Of a stretch of 64,000 nucleotides of DNA, positions 35,501-49,432 are shown one piece after another. The notes beneath the pieces are model-generated. The model did not search any database. It saw nothing but the letters and a program-made list of their open reading frames with translations, and was not told the DNA's origin. How positions within the stretch are numbered: the stretch's first letter is position 1; every line of letters starts with the position of its first letter. Origin of the DNA: Eledone cirrhosa (taxonomy: Eukaryota); the NCBI GenBank assembly GCA_964016885.1, contig OZ024745.1, positions 93,992,001 to 94,056,000 of the forward strand. The letters run 5' to 3'. Position numbers and translations under genes: made by a program.

Positions 35501-38500
35501 CTGTTAATAGTAGAAAGGACTGAACCAGCTAGATATCTGTTTATAGTTGGGAGGACTGAACCAACTAGATATCTGTTTATAGTTGAAAGGACTGAACCAG
35601 CTAGATATCTGTTAATAGTTGAAAGGACTGAACCAGCTAGATATCTGTTAATAGTTGAAAGGACTGAACCAGTTAGATATCTGTTAATAGTTGAAAGGAC
35701 TGAACAAGCTAGATATCTGTTAATAGTTGAAAGGACTGAACCAGCTAGATATCTGTTTATAGTTGGGAGGACTGAACCAGTTAGATATCTGTTTATAGTT
35801 GAAATGACTGAACCAGCTAGATATCTGTTAATAGTTGGGAGGACTGAACCAGCTAGATATCTGTCAACAGTTGAAAGGACTGAACCAGCTAGATATCTGT
35901 TAATAGTTGGGAGGACTGAACCAACTAGATATCTGTTTATAGTAGAAAGGACTGAACCAGCTAGATATCTGTTTATAGTAGAAAGGACTGAACCAGCTAG
36001 ATATCTGTTAATAGTTGGGAGGACTGAACCAACTAGATATCTGTTAATAGTTGAAAGGACTGAACCAGCTAGATATCTGTTTATAGTAGAAAGGACTGAA
36101 CCAGCTAGATATCTGTTAATAGTTGGGAGGACTGAACCAACTAGATATGTTTATAGTAGAAAGGACTGAACCAACTAGATATCTGTTAATAGTTGGGAGG
36201 ACTGAACCAGCTAGATATCTGTTTATAGTTGGGAGGACTGAACCAGCTAGATATCTGTTTATAGTTGAAAGGACTGAACCAGCTAGATATCTGTTAATAG
36301 TTGAAAGGACTGAACCAGCTAGATATCTGTTAATAGTTGGGAGGACTGAACCAGCTAGATATCTGTCAATAGTTGAATGGACTGAACCAGCTAGATATCT
36401 GTTAATAGTTGGGAGGACTGAACCAGCTAGATATCTGTTAATAGTTGAAAGGACTGAACCAGTTAGATATCTGTCAATAGTTGAAAGGACTGAACCAGCT
36501 AGATATCTGTTTATAGTTGGGAGGACTGAACCAGCTAGATATCTGTTAATAGTTGAAAGGACTGAACCAGTTAGATATTGGTCAATAGTTGAAAGGACTG
36601 AACCAGCTAGATATCTGTTTATAGTTAGGAGGATTGAACCAGTTAGATATCTGTTTATAGTTGAAATGACTGAACCAGCTAGATATCTGTTAATAGTTGG
36701 GAGGACTGAACCAGCTAGATATCTGTCAACAGTTGAAAGGACTGAACCAGCTAGATATCTGTTAATAGTTAAAAGGACTGAACCAGCTAGATATCTGTTA
36801 ATAGTTGGGAGGACTGAACCAACTAGATATCTGTTTATAGTAGAAAGGACTGAACCAGCTAGATATCTGTTAATAGTTGAAAGGACTGAACCAGCTAGAT
36901 ATCTGTTAATAGTTGAAAGGACTGAACCAGTTAGATATCTGTTAATAGTTGAAAGGACTGAACCAGCTAGATATCTGTTAATAGTTGAAAGGACTGAACC
37001 AGCTAGATATCTGTTTATAGTTGGGAGGACTGAACCAGTTAGATATCTGTTTATAGCTGAAAGGACTGAACCAGCTAGATATCTGTTAATAGTTGGGAGG
37101 ACTGAACCAGCTAGATATCTGTCAATAGTTGAAAGGACTGAACTAGCTAGATATCTGTTAATAGTTGGGAGGACTGAACCAACTAGATATCTGTTTATAG
37201 TAGAAAGGACTGAACCAGCTAGATATCTGTTTATAGTAGAAAGGACTGAACCAGCTAGATATCTATTAATAGTTGGGAGGACTGAACCAGCTAGATAGCT
37301 GTTAATAGTTGGGAGGACTGAACCAGCTAGATATCTGTTTATAGTTGGGAGGACTGAACCAGCTAGATATCTGTTTATAGTTGAAAGGACTGAACCAGCT
37401 AGATATCTGTTAATAGTTGAAAGGACTGAACCAGCTAGATATCTGTTAATAGTTGAAAGGACTGAACCAGTTAGATATCTGTTAATAGTTGAAAGGACTG
37501 AACCAGCTAGATATCTGTTAATAGTTGAAAGGACTGAACCAGCTAGATATCTGTTTATAGTTGGGAGGACTGAACCAGTTAGATATCTGTTTATAGTTGA
37601 AAGGACTGAACCAGCTAGATATCTGTTAATAGTTGGGAGGACTGAACCAGCTAGATATCTGTCAATAGTTGGGAGGACTGAACCAGCTAGATATCTGTCA
37701 ATAGTTGATAGGACTGAACCAGCTAGATATCTGTTAATAGTTGGGAGGACTGAACCAACTAGATATCTGTTTATAGTAGAAAGGACTGAACCAGCTAGAT
37801 ATCTGTTTATAGTAGAAAGGACTGAACCAGCCAGATGTCTGTTAATAGTTGGGAGGACTGAACCAACTAGATATGTTAATAGTTGGGAGGACTGAACCAG
37901 CTAGATATCTGTTAATAGTTGAAAGGACGGAACCAGCTAGATATCTGTTTATAGTTGAAAGGACTGAACCAGCTAGATATCTGTTAATAGTTGGGAGGAC
38001 TGAACCAGCTAGATATCTGTTAATAGTTGAAAGGACTGAACCAGCTAGATATCTGTTAATAGTTGGGGGGACTGAACCAACTAGATATCTGTTTATAGTA
38101 GAAAGGACTGAACCAGCTAGATATCTGTTAATAGTTGGGAGGACTGAACCAGCTAGATATCTGTTTATAGTTGAAAGAATTGAACCAGATAGATATTTGT
38201 TAATAGTTGAAAGGACTGAACCAGCTAGATATCTGTTAATAGTTGGGAGGACTGAACCAGCTAGATATCTGTCAATAGTTGAAAGGACTGAACCAGCTAG
38301 ATATCTGTTAATAGTTGAAAGGACTGAACCAGCTAGATATCTGTTTATAGTTGAAAGAATTGAACTAGCTAGATATCTGTTAATAGTTGAAAGGACTGAA
38401 CCAGCTAGATATCTGTTAATAGTTGGGAGGACTGAACCAGCTAGATATCTGTTAATAGTTGAAAGGACTGAACCAGCTAGATATCTGTTAATAGTTGAAA

Positions 38501-41500
38501 GGACGGAACCAGCTAGATATCTGTTAATAGTTGAAAGGACTGAACCAGCTAGATATCTGTCAATAGTTGGGAGGACTGAACCAGCTAGATATCTGTCAAT
38601 AGTTGAAAGGACTGAACCAGCTAGATATCTGTTAATAGTTGGGAGGACTGAACCAGCTAGATATCTGTTAATAGTTGAAAGGACTGAACCAGTTAGATAT
38701 CTGTCAATAGTTGAAAGGACTGAACCAGCTAGATATCTGTTTATAGTTGGGAGGACTGAACCAGCTAGATATCTGTTAATAGTTGAAAGGACTGAACCAG
38801 TTAGATATCTGTCAATAGTTGAAAGGACTGAACCAGTTAGATATCGGTCAATAGTTGAAAGGACTGAACCAGCTAGATAGCTGTTAATAGTTGGGAGGAC
38901 TGAACCAGCTAGATATCTGTTTATAGTTGAAAGGACTGAACCAGCTAGATATCTGTTTATAGTTGGGAGGACTGAACCAGCTAGATATCTGTTAATAGTT
39001 GGGAGGACTGAACCAGCTAGATATGTTTATAGTTGAAAGGACTGAACCAGCTAGATATCTGTTAATAGTAGAAAGGACTGAACCAGCTAGATATCTGTTT
39101 ATAGTTGGGAGGACTGAACCAACTAGATATCTGTTTATAGTTGAAAGGACTGAACCAGCTAGATATCTGTTAATAGTTGAAAGGACTGAACCAGCTAGAT
39201 ATCTGTTAATAGTTGAAAGGACTGAACCAGTTAGATATCTGTTAATAGTTGAAAGGACTGAACCAGCTAGATATCTGTTAATAGTTGAAAGGACTGAACC
39301 AGCTAGATATCTGTTTATAGTTGGGAGGACTGAACCAGTTAGATATCTGTTTATAGTTGAAAGGACTGAACCAGCTAGATATCTGTTAATAGTTGGGAGG
39401 ACTGAACCAGCTAGATATCTGTCAATAGTTGAAAGGACTGAACCAGCTAGATATCTGTTAATAGTTGGGAGGACTGAACCAGCTAGATATCTGTTAATAG
39501 TTGAAAGGACTGAACCAGCTAGATATCTGTTAATAGTTGAAAGGACTGAACCAGCTAGATATCTGTTAATAGTTGGGAGGACTGAACCAGCTAGATATCT
39601 GTTAATAGTTGAAAGGACTTAACCAGCTAGATATCTGTTAATAGTTGAAAGGACTGAACCAGCTAGATATCTGTTAATAGTTGAAAGGACTGAACCAGCT
39701 AGATATCTGTTAATAGTTGGGAGGACTGAACCAGCTAGATATCTGTTAATAGTTGAAAGGACTGAACCAGCTAGATATCTGTTAATAGTTGGGAGGACTG
39801 AACCAGCTAGATATCTGTTAATAGTTGGGCGGACTGAACCAGCTAGATATCTGTTTATAGTTGAAAGGACTGAACCAGCTAGATATCTGTTAATAGTTGA
39901 AAGGACTGAACCAGCTAGATATCTGTTTATAGTTGAAAGGACTGAACCAGCTAGATATCTGTTTATAGTTGGGAGGACTGAACCAGCTAGATATCTGTTA
40001 ATAGTTGGGAGGACTGAACCAACTAGATATCTGTTTATAGTAGAAAGGACTGAACCAGCTAGATATCTGTTTATAGTAGAAAGGACTGAACCAGCTAGAT
40101 ATCTGTTAATAGTCGGGAGGACTGAACCAACTAGATATCTGTTTATAGTTGAAAGGACTGAACCAGCTAGATATCTGTTAATAGTTGAAAGGACTGAACC
40201 AGCTAGATATCTATTTATAGTTGGGAGGACTGAACCAGCTAGATATCTGTTAATAGTTGAAAGGACTGAACCAGCTAGATATCTGTTAATAGTTAGGAGG
40301 ACTGAACCAGCTAGATATCTGTTTATAGTTGGGAGGACTGAACCAGCTAAATATCTGTTTATAGTTGGGAGGACTGAACCAGCTAGATATCTGTTAATAG
40401 TTGAAAGGACTGAACCAGCTAGATATGTTTATAGTTGGGAGGACTGAACCAGCTAGATATCTGTTTATAGTTGAAAGGACTGAACCAGCTAGATATCTGT
40501 TAATAGTTGAAAGGACTGAACCAGCTAGATATCTGTTTATAGTTGGGAGAACTGAACCAGCTAGATATCTGTTTATAGTTGGGAGGACTGAACCAGCTAG
40601 ATATCTGTTTATAGTTGGGAGGACTGAACCAGCTAGATATCTGTTTATAGTTGGGAGGACTGAACCAGCTAGATATCCATTAATAGTTGAAAGGACTGAA
40701 CCAGCTAGATATCTGTTTATAGTTGGGAGGACTGAACCAGCTAGATATCTGTTAATAGTTGAAAGGACTGAACCAGCTAGATATCTGTTTATAGTTGGGA
40801 GGACTGAACCAGCTAGATATGTTTATATTTGGGAGGACTGGACCAGCTAGATATCCGTTAATAGTTGAAAGGACTGAACCAGCTAGATATGTTTATAGTT
40901 GGGAGGACTGAACCAGCTAGATATCTGTTAATAGTTGAAAGGACTGAACCAGCTAGATATGTTTATAGTTGGGAGGACTGAACCAGCTAGATATCTGTTT
41001 ATATTTGGGAGGACTGAACCAGCTAGATATCCGTTAATAGTTGAAAGGACTGAACCAGCTAGATATCTGTTTATAGTTGGGAGGACTGAACCAGCTAGAT
41101 ATCTGTTAATAGTTGAAAGGACTGAACCAGCTAGATATCTGTTTATAGTTGGGAGGACTGAACCAGCTAGATATCTGTTTATATTTGGGAGGACTGGACC
41201 AGCTAGATATCCGTTAATAGTTGAAAGGACTGAACCAGCTAGATATCTGTTTATAGTTGAAAGGACTGAACCAGCTAGATATCTGTTTATAGTAGAAAGG
41301 ACTGAACCAGCTAGATATGTTTATAGTTGGGAGGACTGAACCAGCTAGATATCTGTATATAGTTGGGAGGACTGAACCAGCTAGATATCCGTTAATAGTT
41401 GAAAGGACTGAACCAGCTAGATATCTGTTTATAGTTGGGAGGACTGAACCAGCTAGATATCTGTTAATAGTTGAAAGGACTGAACCAGCTAGATATCTGT

Positions 41501-42481
41501 TAATAGTTGAAAGGACTGAACCAGCTAGATATCTGTTTATAGTTGGGAGGACTGAACCAGCTAGATATCTGTTTATAGTTGGGAGGATTGAACCAGCTAG
41601 ATATGTTAATAGTTGGGAGGATTGAACCAGCTAGATATCTGTTTATAGTTGGGAGGACTGAACCAGCTAGATACGTTAATAGTTGGGAGGACTGAACCAG
41701 CTAGATATCTGTTAATAGTTGAAAGGACTGAACCAGCTAGATATCTGTTTATAGTTGGGAGGACTGAACCAGCTAGATATCTGTTAATAGTTGAAAGGAC
41801 TGAACCAGCTAGATATCTGTTTATAGTTGGGAGGACTGAACCAGCTAGATATCTGTTAATAGTTGGGAGGACTGAACCAGCTAGATATGTTTATAGTTGG
41901 GAGGACTGAACCAGCTAGATATCTGTTAATAGTTGGGAGGACTGAACCAGCTAGATATCTGTTAATAGTTGAAAGGACTGAACCAGCTAGATATCTGTTA
42001 ATAGTTGGGAGGACTGAACCAGCTAGATATCTGTTAATAGTTGGGAGGACTGAACCAGCTAGATATCTGTTAATAGTTGAAAGGACTGAACCAGCTAGAT
42101 ATCTGTTAATAGTTGAAAGGACTGAACCAGCTAGATATCTGTTTATAGTTGGGAGGACTGAACCAGCTAGATATCTGTTAATAGTTGAAAGGACTGAACC
42201 GGCTAGATATCTGTTAATAGTTGAAAGGACTGAACCAGCTAGATATCTGTTTACAGTTGGGAGGACTGAACCAGCTAGATATCTGTTTATAGTTGGGAGG
42301 ACTGAACCAGCTAGATATCTGTTTATAGTTGGGAGGACAACCAGCTAGATATCTGTTTATAGTTGGGAGGACTGAACCAGCTAGATATCTGTTTATAGTT
42401 GAAAGGACTGAACCAGCTAGATATCTGTTAATAGTTGAAAGGACTGAACCAGCTAGATATCTGTTAATAGTTGGGAGGACT
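32596..42481. repeat. 36-bp satellite array, ~9.9 kb, ~275 units
   Basis: Consensus CTGT(TA/TT/CA)ATAGTTG(AA/GG)AGGACTGAACCAGCTAGATAT, head-to-tail with no spacers. Occasional 34-bp units shift the frame. Confidence 0.98.
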
Positions 42482-42873
42482 GCTCAAGGGCATAATGCAT
42501 TACCTGATGTGGGAATCAACTTCATAACCTCTCTAACCACTAAGTCATATGCCTTATAAATCCTAGGCTTCACAATCTCTGCCATATAATAGTGACCATT
42601 CATATGCATGTGATAGTGACCATCTATATATATAAAGACTTCATCAGTGACAGAATATTCTTTTGTTCCAAATTATTTTACTCCCTATATGGAACAATGT
42701 GGCTCACATTAAATATCTGGTATGATACATCTACTTACATATGCAAACAGTCAAATCTACATTAACAAAAAACACACCACAACCACATCACAGCTACTAG
42801 ACTACTTATGTACTGTATCCTCCCTCTCTGTCTGTAATACTTCTTATACAATGGTTACTTCACTATTGAACTA

Positions 42874-42876
<3 letters not shown>

Positions 42877-42962
<86 letters not shown>

Positions 42963-42968
42963 GTGTGT
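42877..42968. repeat. (GT)n microsatellite
   Basis: Direct inspection. Confidence 0.98.
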
Positions 42969-43076
42969 ATCCCCTTTGGCCCACTTGATGTATCATCCAC
43001 TTCTTTTACAAGTGTGTATTCATCCATCAAAAATTTCTTAACTCTTTCATTACTATATTTCTAATGAAATACACTA

Positions 43077-43655
43077 TCATCATCACCGTCTTACGTCCAT
43101 TCTTCCATGCTAGCATGGGTTAGATGGGTTGTCCTGTTGTGGGCAATTCCAGGTCAGGTGACCATGTCTTGCTCATACCGAACTGATTTTGACTTGATTT
43201 CTACAGCTGGATGCCCTTCCTAACACCAACCTGATTTACAGTGAGTACTGGGTGCTTTTTTACTGTGGTGCCCACACGACCATTTGACAGTGTGAACTGG
43301 GTGCTTTTTTTTGTTGTGACACCTCCACGACAGCTTTACAGTGAGAGGGGGGGGGGATACTGTCTTATATGCTTCAGCTTTGGCTTGTATCTGTGGGAAG
43401 TCGGTCTTCTGTATTACTGCGTAAGGCCAGAGGTCGCGGTCCTGTGTCATCGCCTTTGAGAGGTGCAATTGGGCAAGGTCAGCTTTTATCACCTCATCCC
43501 AGGTCTTCTTGGGTCTCCCCATTCTAATATTTCCATCGACTTTTAGTGCTCTGCACCTTTTTATGCAACTGTCATCCTTCATACGCATCACATGTCCATA
43601 CCAGCATAATCTCCTCTCCTGCACATATCATTTGATTCCTCTTATGTTTAGTCTT
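43077..43655 (-). mobile_element. 5'-truncated RTE LINE (family B)
   Basis: QERRLCWYGHVMRMKDDSCIKRCRALKVDGN..GRPKKTWDEVIKADL, near-identical to the intact ORF C-terminus, plus the 3' UTR. Confidence 0.92.
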
Positions 43656-44029
43656 TCTAATTTGAAAATAATTAACTATTATGAGGAATTTAATAAAATA
43701 ACTAACTCCTTCATTGACAACCTGATAATTAGAATGTTACTTAACAAAAATTTCTCAAATGAAATTAGGAAGGAAGAATTTCTTATTAATGTAAACATTT
43801 TAAAATGAGCAATTTTGTATCATAAATCCAGTGCAGATTCTAGTGGTTTGGTATCTAGAGGGTTAAATAACTGAGAACTTAGAATTACCATAGTCCACAA
43901 GGCATTCAAACTGCGTGGTCATACATATAGCATGCATACTTATATACAGACATACATACATACATCATACATACATACATCATGCATACATATATACATT
44001 ATACATATATATCTATATATAATGTATAA

Positions 44030-44091
44030 GGGCGGTGGATTGGCAGTATCGGTAGAGGGTCGGACGACATGCTTTGCAGCAAAGAGTTAGC
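44030..44091 (+). mobile_element. SINE family 1 head only
   Basis: GGGCGGTGGATTGGCAGTATCGGTAGAGGGTCGGACG; no continuation seen. Confidence 0.75.
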
Positions 44092-46159
44092 CTGGCGACC
44101 AAACGGTAACTAATAACTTTGCTTCATTCTTTCATCTATTCATTGACATGTCAACTATACTGTTCTATATATCCACAAATTGTTGATTAAATATTATACA
44201 CACAAACCACGTCTCCAGTATTTTGTTATAAGTGGTGACCCCGAAAAAAGAAAAAAATGGCAGAATCTGGTGTTGTGTGAGTAACATTACGAATACGCAG
44301 CAAATTTTATTGACAAACTATGAAAATACGCAGACACAGAAACGAACACACGCACATGTGAAATTCTCGTTCAGACAGACTCTTTTTCTCTCACACATCG
44401 ACCCTGTCACATTTCACTGTATATATATATATGTTTTTCGTTGCTTTCTTACAACGAACACTTTAAAAACAAACAAAAAAAAAAGAAATTTTTTTTATTA
44501 TTTTTTTTTTTTTAAAAACATTTCAACATGAACATTTATTTTCGATGAATCTCAACTATTGCTTTTTTTCATCGTTTTCTTCATCGTTCAAGTTTTTTTT
44601 CATCGTTCACAAAAAAAAAAAAAATTGAACTCGCCATATTTGTTATACTAAGTGAAGCCTTTCTTTCTTTTTCATCATATTGTCACTTTCACACACATAT
44701 TTTTTCAAAATGGCTGCCAACGACCTGTTGCACTATCATTTTCGCGCAATAGAAATATTTTTTTTTCAACTTAACCTTGTATTGGCACGTGTAGGCTGCA
44801 CAATTCTCGATTCACTGAGATAACCACACGCCATGAGATAACGTTTCTCGCCAAGGATTATCCAGCCTTAAGCTATATTCTCCTATTTGGCGGTTTAAAA
44901 ATTTACCACGTAAATTTGCCATTGAAAACTGCGCATTTATTCAGAATTCTTATTTCTTTGGTCGCTGGCCTGTTGACCCTTCCAGGTCAACGCATTCTCA
45001 ACATCGACCATAAACTTCGGCTGTTATTTCTAGCACTTTGCGCAACTCATTTTTTCTGGAAAAAATTTTTTTACTGTGAATTTAAACATCGAATACGCTC
45101 ACCCCGCGAGACAACAACATCAACAGCAACACAGCTTCATCAACAACCAAAACCAGCAGAACAAGCCAGAGAATTTATTTTTGCAGCACTCTTCCTGTGA
45201 GAAAATCCATTTGGAGGTTGGAAATTTCACGTTATACCACAGAACAGAAACCACCTGCTTTCATTCTCTGGAACACACTTTCTTTCTGCTGTCATGTGAT
45301 TTCACACCTGTGCACTGTATTTTGAACATTTGAACTTTGAGCTCTTCTCTTACTTTGATTGCATTGTATATTTGGGTGATGGATAGATAGATGTCCAGTC
45401 GTTCTCTGACCAAGAGCGGTTGGCTACCTTGATATCTATCATTGATTATTGCAAACATTAGTTTTTTCGTAATTTTCATGCCAGTTACAACATTCTTGCC
45501 AACTTACTACATACATATTTCATTCGATTTTTATATTTTAAAAATCTGGCGGGGGGTAATGTAGCAGGAGTTGCCTCCCTTGTGACACTCACATCACCAA
45601 TAGAGTAACGCTCTCTAGACAGGAAGTAACTGGAGTTGCTTCCCGTTGGGGTGATAGAACCCTTTTTATCACTTCCGGCAGAACCGTATAAAGGAAATAA
45701 CTTTAAGCTCCTTATCTCTCATTTGCCTTTTCTGACTAGCACCACTCTTGGCTGTGTTGTGCTATTTTTTTTTATTTATATCCTGGTTTACTTTGATATG
45801 ATTAAAAGTGTTTCAATTGTAAACCCCACTCTCAGCTATTTTGCAGACATTGTATATCTTGAATGACATTATTTAATGTGAAATTAAATTGTCGTTTCGC
45901 AGAAAAACAGAAATTTGAGTTTGAATTGATAATGTACGTCAGATTTTTCATGGAAAAGCTAGTGGTGTAGCATAGGTGGTAAGTTTCTGAGAAATCATTA
46001 TATAATTCAAATTCCATTAGTCACATGAGGTATTTATTTTACCCTACTCATGTCCTTCAGAACGATATGAACATTACTAATTGTAGGAAGAAATGCATGG
46101 AAGGCCCCTTCAAAGTAGTTGATAGTTAGAAAGATTTGTTCAAAATAATCATTGAAAAT

Positions 46160-46376
46160 AATTGTTTCTACTTTAGGCACAAGGCCAGCAATTTTGGGAG
46201 GGGGGAAAGTCGATTAAATTGACTCCAGTGTGTTACTGGTATCTTATTTTATTGACCCCGTAAGGATGAAAGGCAAAGCTAACTTTGGCAAGATTTGAAC
46301 TCGGGCCATAAAGGACTAACTTTATGCTGCAGAGCATGGTGTCTGATGCTCTACCGATTACTGCCAATCCACCATC
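46160..46376 (-). mobile_element. SINE family 1
   Basis: Colinear with 4375-4589 and 22906-23093. Confidence 0.85.
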
Positions 46377-46807
46377 ATGTAAAATAATGACTATGACAAT
46401 GAAGATGATTATTTATTCACCTACTTATTAAAGTAGTGAGTCCTTGCACTTTTAGACTAATATCTTTAAATTAGCTCTATATATTGATGTATAATATATG
46501 TAAATCTTAACACTTCAGCAAACAGATCAATGTTATCGGATAAGGTATTAAAGAAAATCTCCTTACTAACAACAATTTGACAAAATTCATTGTGTTCATA
46601 ACTATATTTCTAATGAAATACAACACTTATCTGTTTCAATTAATTTTGAAAATAATTAAACATTTGGAAGGATTTAATAAAATAATTCTTTTAATTATTA
46701 AGTAGATTCCACCCTTGCAAGCAGTTAAAAGTGGATGTAAAATGATGATGATGATGATTGCGATATAATTTAGCAAAAACGGTCTTTATAAAGTTACTAT
46801 AGGTTTT

Positions 46808-47131
46808 GATTTAATTACAAACAATTTAAACCTTTCACTACTATATTTCTAATGATTTAATTACAAACAATTTAAACCTTTCACTAGTATATTTCTAATG
46901 ATTTAATTACAAACAATTTAAACCTTCACTAGTATATTTCTAATGATTTAATTACAAACAATTTAAACCTTTCACTACTATATTTCTAATGATTTAATTA
47001 CAAACAATTTAAACCTTTCACTACTATATTTCTAATGATTTAATTACAAACAATTTAAACCTTTCACTAGTATATTTCTAATGATTTAATTACAAACAAT
47101 TTAAACCTTTCACTACTATATTTCTAATGAT
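46808..47131. repeat. 46-bp minisatellite, 7 copies
   Basis: GATTTAATTACAAACAATTTAAACCTTTCACTA(C/G)TATATTTCTAAT. Confidence 0.95.
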
Positions 47132-48237
47132 TTTCAAATTGTGAAAATGACCAAGAATTTGAAGGGATTTTATATGATGAAATTTCTGATTATTAAACTG
47201 ATGTTTGGAATGTAAATAAAAAAAAAAAAGTGTCACATAAAATTATGATGAGATTTTTAGATAAATATTAACACTTTAAAACAAAGATTTGTAATATAAA
47301 ATAAGGGACAGTTAGTATCAAAAGGGTTAAAGCTGGAAGTTTTGTTGAAAAATTAGCGATGGTCTCAAGCAGGATGATATTAAAAGGGTTAAACTATTTT
47401 ATATATATTTTCTCTGTTTGTTTGATTGACTAGTTCTGCTAATTTAGGTATTTTTCTTGAATACTTGATTCTTTAGGTCAGCACATTGATGAATTCCAAG
47501 CCCCTTTTCTCTGAGTCACCTCTCTCTCTTGTACTACCACTCTAATTCTCTAAATCTATATTGTCTCAATATCATGAACCCTTACTCAAGCAATTCATCT
47601 ATCTTTCTGTTGTTTCTCCTGCTTCTGGGTTTAAACCTACAGTGCAACTGTCATCTATCATAGCCTTTGAGCAATAAGTTTTGGGTGGAATTTCATATAT
47701 GGAAACTCTGTATGTGTGTGTGCACGTTTTGGGTGTTGTAAACAGTTGTAGTGCAGAGGGAGTGTATGAAGCAAAATAAGCAGCAAATCCAATGGGCATT
47801 ATCAGCATAAGTAGGTTTGAATGAGTCATTGCCAGTTTTTAAGACACTGGACTACAAATCACAGCTACAATTTGTGAGATAATGAGATAAGACTACTTGG
47901 AAACTGCTGTGTGGAGGCATTCTTTGGTGTTTTTGATGATAGCAGGCATTGCAGTGATGGATGTTCATCCCCCAGTTGGTGATGGTGAGGGACTTGTCCC
48001 AGGTATGGAAATCAGTGAGCATCCCTTGCATGGCTGCAGCTTAATTCTGAGTGAACTGTTTCTTAGTTTTGGTTGTATAGATGCTATAGGTTACTCACTT
48101 GACCTTTTCAGATAACTCAGAGAAGAAATTTATTTGCTACCAAGAGTAAGTTAATTTAAGAGAAGCAATTAGTATTAAAGAGATAACATGATTTTTGATT
48201 TTTTTTAAATTAAAAAATTATCTCAGCTATCTAGAAG

Positions 48238-48947
48238 GTTTTAGCTCTGTATCCCTTTATGATGTAGGCACAAAACCAGTTTTAGCTCTGTCCTACTTCA
48301 TGATGTAGACACATGATTAGTTTTAGCTCTGAACATCTTCATGATGTAGTCACAAGACTAGTTTTAGCTCTGTATCCCTTTATGATGTAGACACATGATT
48401 AGTTTTAGCTCTGAACCTCTTCATGATGTAGACACAAGACTAGTTTTAGCTGTCCTACTTCATGTAGACACAAGACTAGTTTTAGCTCTGTCCTACTTCA
48501 TGATGTAGACACAAGACTAGTTTTAGCTCTGAACCTCTTCATGATGTAGACACAAGACTAGTTTTAGCTCTGTCCTACTTCATGATGTAGACACAAGACT
48601 AGTTTTAGCTCTATCCTACTTCATGATGTAGACACAAGACTAGTTTAGCTCTGTCCTACTTCATGATGTAGGTGCAAGACTAGTTTTAGCTCTGTCCTAC
48701 TTCATGATGTAAGTGCAAGACTAGTTTAGTTCTGTCCTACTTCATGATGTATACACAATACTAGTTTTAGCTCTGTCCTACTTCATGATGTAGGCACAAG
48801 ACTAATTTTAGCTCTATCCTACCTTCATGATGTAGGCGCAAGACTAGTTTTAACTCTGTCCTACTTCATGATGTAGGCACACGACTAGTTTTAGCTCTAT
48901 CCTACCTTCATGATGTAGGCGCAAGATTAGTTTTAGCTCTGTCCTAC
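48238..48947. repeat. ~41-bp minisatellite, ~17 copies
   Basis: AGTTTTAGCTCTGTCCTACTTCATGATGTAGACACAAGACT. Confidence 0.95.
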
Positions 48948-49164
48948 AAGCTAACAAGACAAGCATTTGCTTAATGTTCTTATTACAACAGTGAGGCCAT
49001 TCTGCCTTTGGTACTTATTAAAAGGAAAGTGAACTGAAAAATTAACCCTTTTGATATTTACCTACCCCAAAGTCTATGATGACATACCTCTTGTTTTAAA
49101 GTATTTATATTTAAATAAAAAATATTGTTATGGAAGAATATCTTTGTGAATCTATGCACTAAAC

Positions 49165-49432
49165 CAGTGGTCGCCAACCTTTCTAAAACCGAGGAACCCT
49201 CTAAATATTTTGAATTCTTCACGGAACCTATACAATACAAAACTTTTCAAAAAAAAAAAAAAAAAAATTATTTATTTATTTTAGTGAAAAATTATTTATT
49301 TATTTTATTCTTTGCACCTTTTTCAGAAAACCCAAAATATTAATGGTAATGTAAATATTTATTTTTTTAAGGAACCCGGAGTTTGTTTTACGGAACCCCA
49401 AGGTTCCGTGGAACCCACGTTGGCGACTACTG
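49165..49432. mobile_element. hAT (Buster/Charlie-type) MITE
   Basis: TIRs CAGTGGTCGCCAAC / GTTGGCGACTACTG; exact 8-bp TSD CACTAAAC; subterminal GGAACC repeats. Confidence 0.92.

Noticed and set aside
32596-42481. 36-bp repeats as a CRISPR array
   Set aside because: Units are contiguous with no unique spacers, there are no cas genes, and the context is eukaryotic.
32587-42559. Long ORFs of (ERTEPARYLLIV)n as a repeat protein
   Set aside because: A 36-bp unit without stops in one frame yields such ORFs automatically. 34-bp units repeatedly break the frame and most starts are TTG.
44101-45430. rRNA/R2-target-like strings (CGGTAACTATAAC at ~44104; AAGGTAGCCAA on minus at 45420-45430)
   Set aside because: 11-13 bp matches with no surrounding rRNA sequence.
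48112-48145. 34-nt plus-strand exon-like segment (TTTTCAG|..AGA|GTAAGT)
   Set aside because: It gives an immediate stop in the phase needed to follow the gasdermin exon, and there is no other support.
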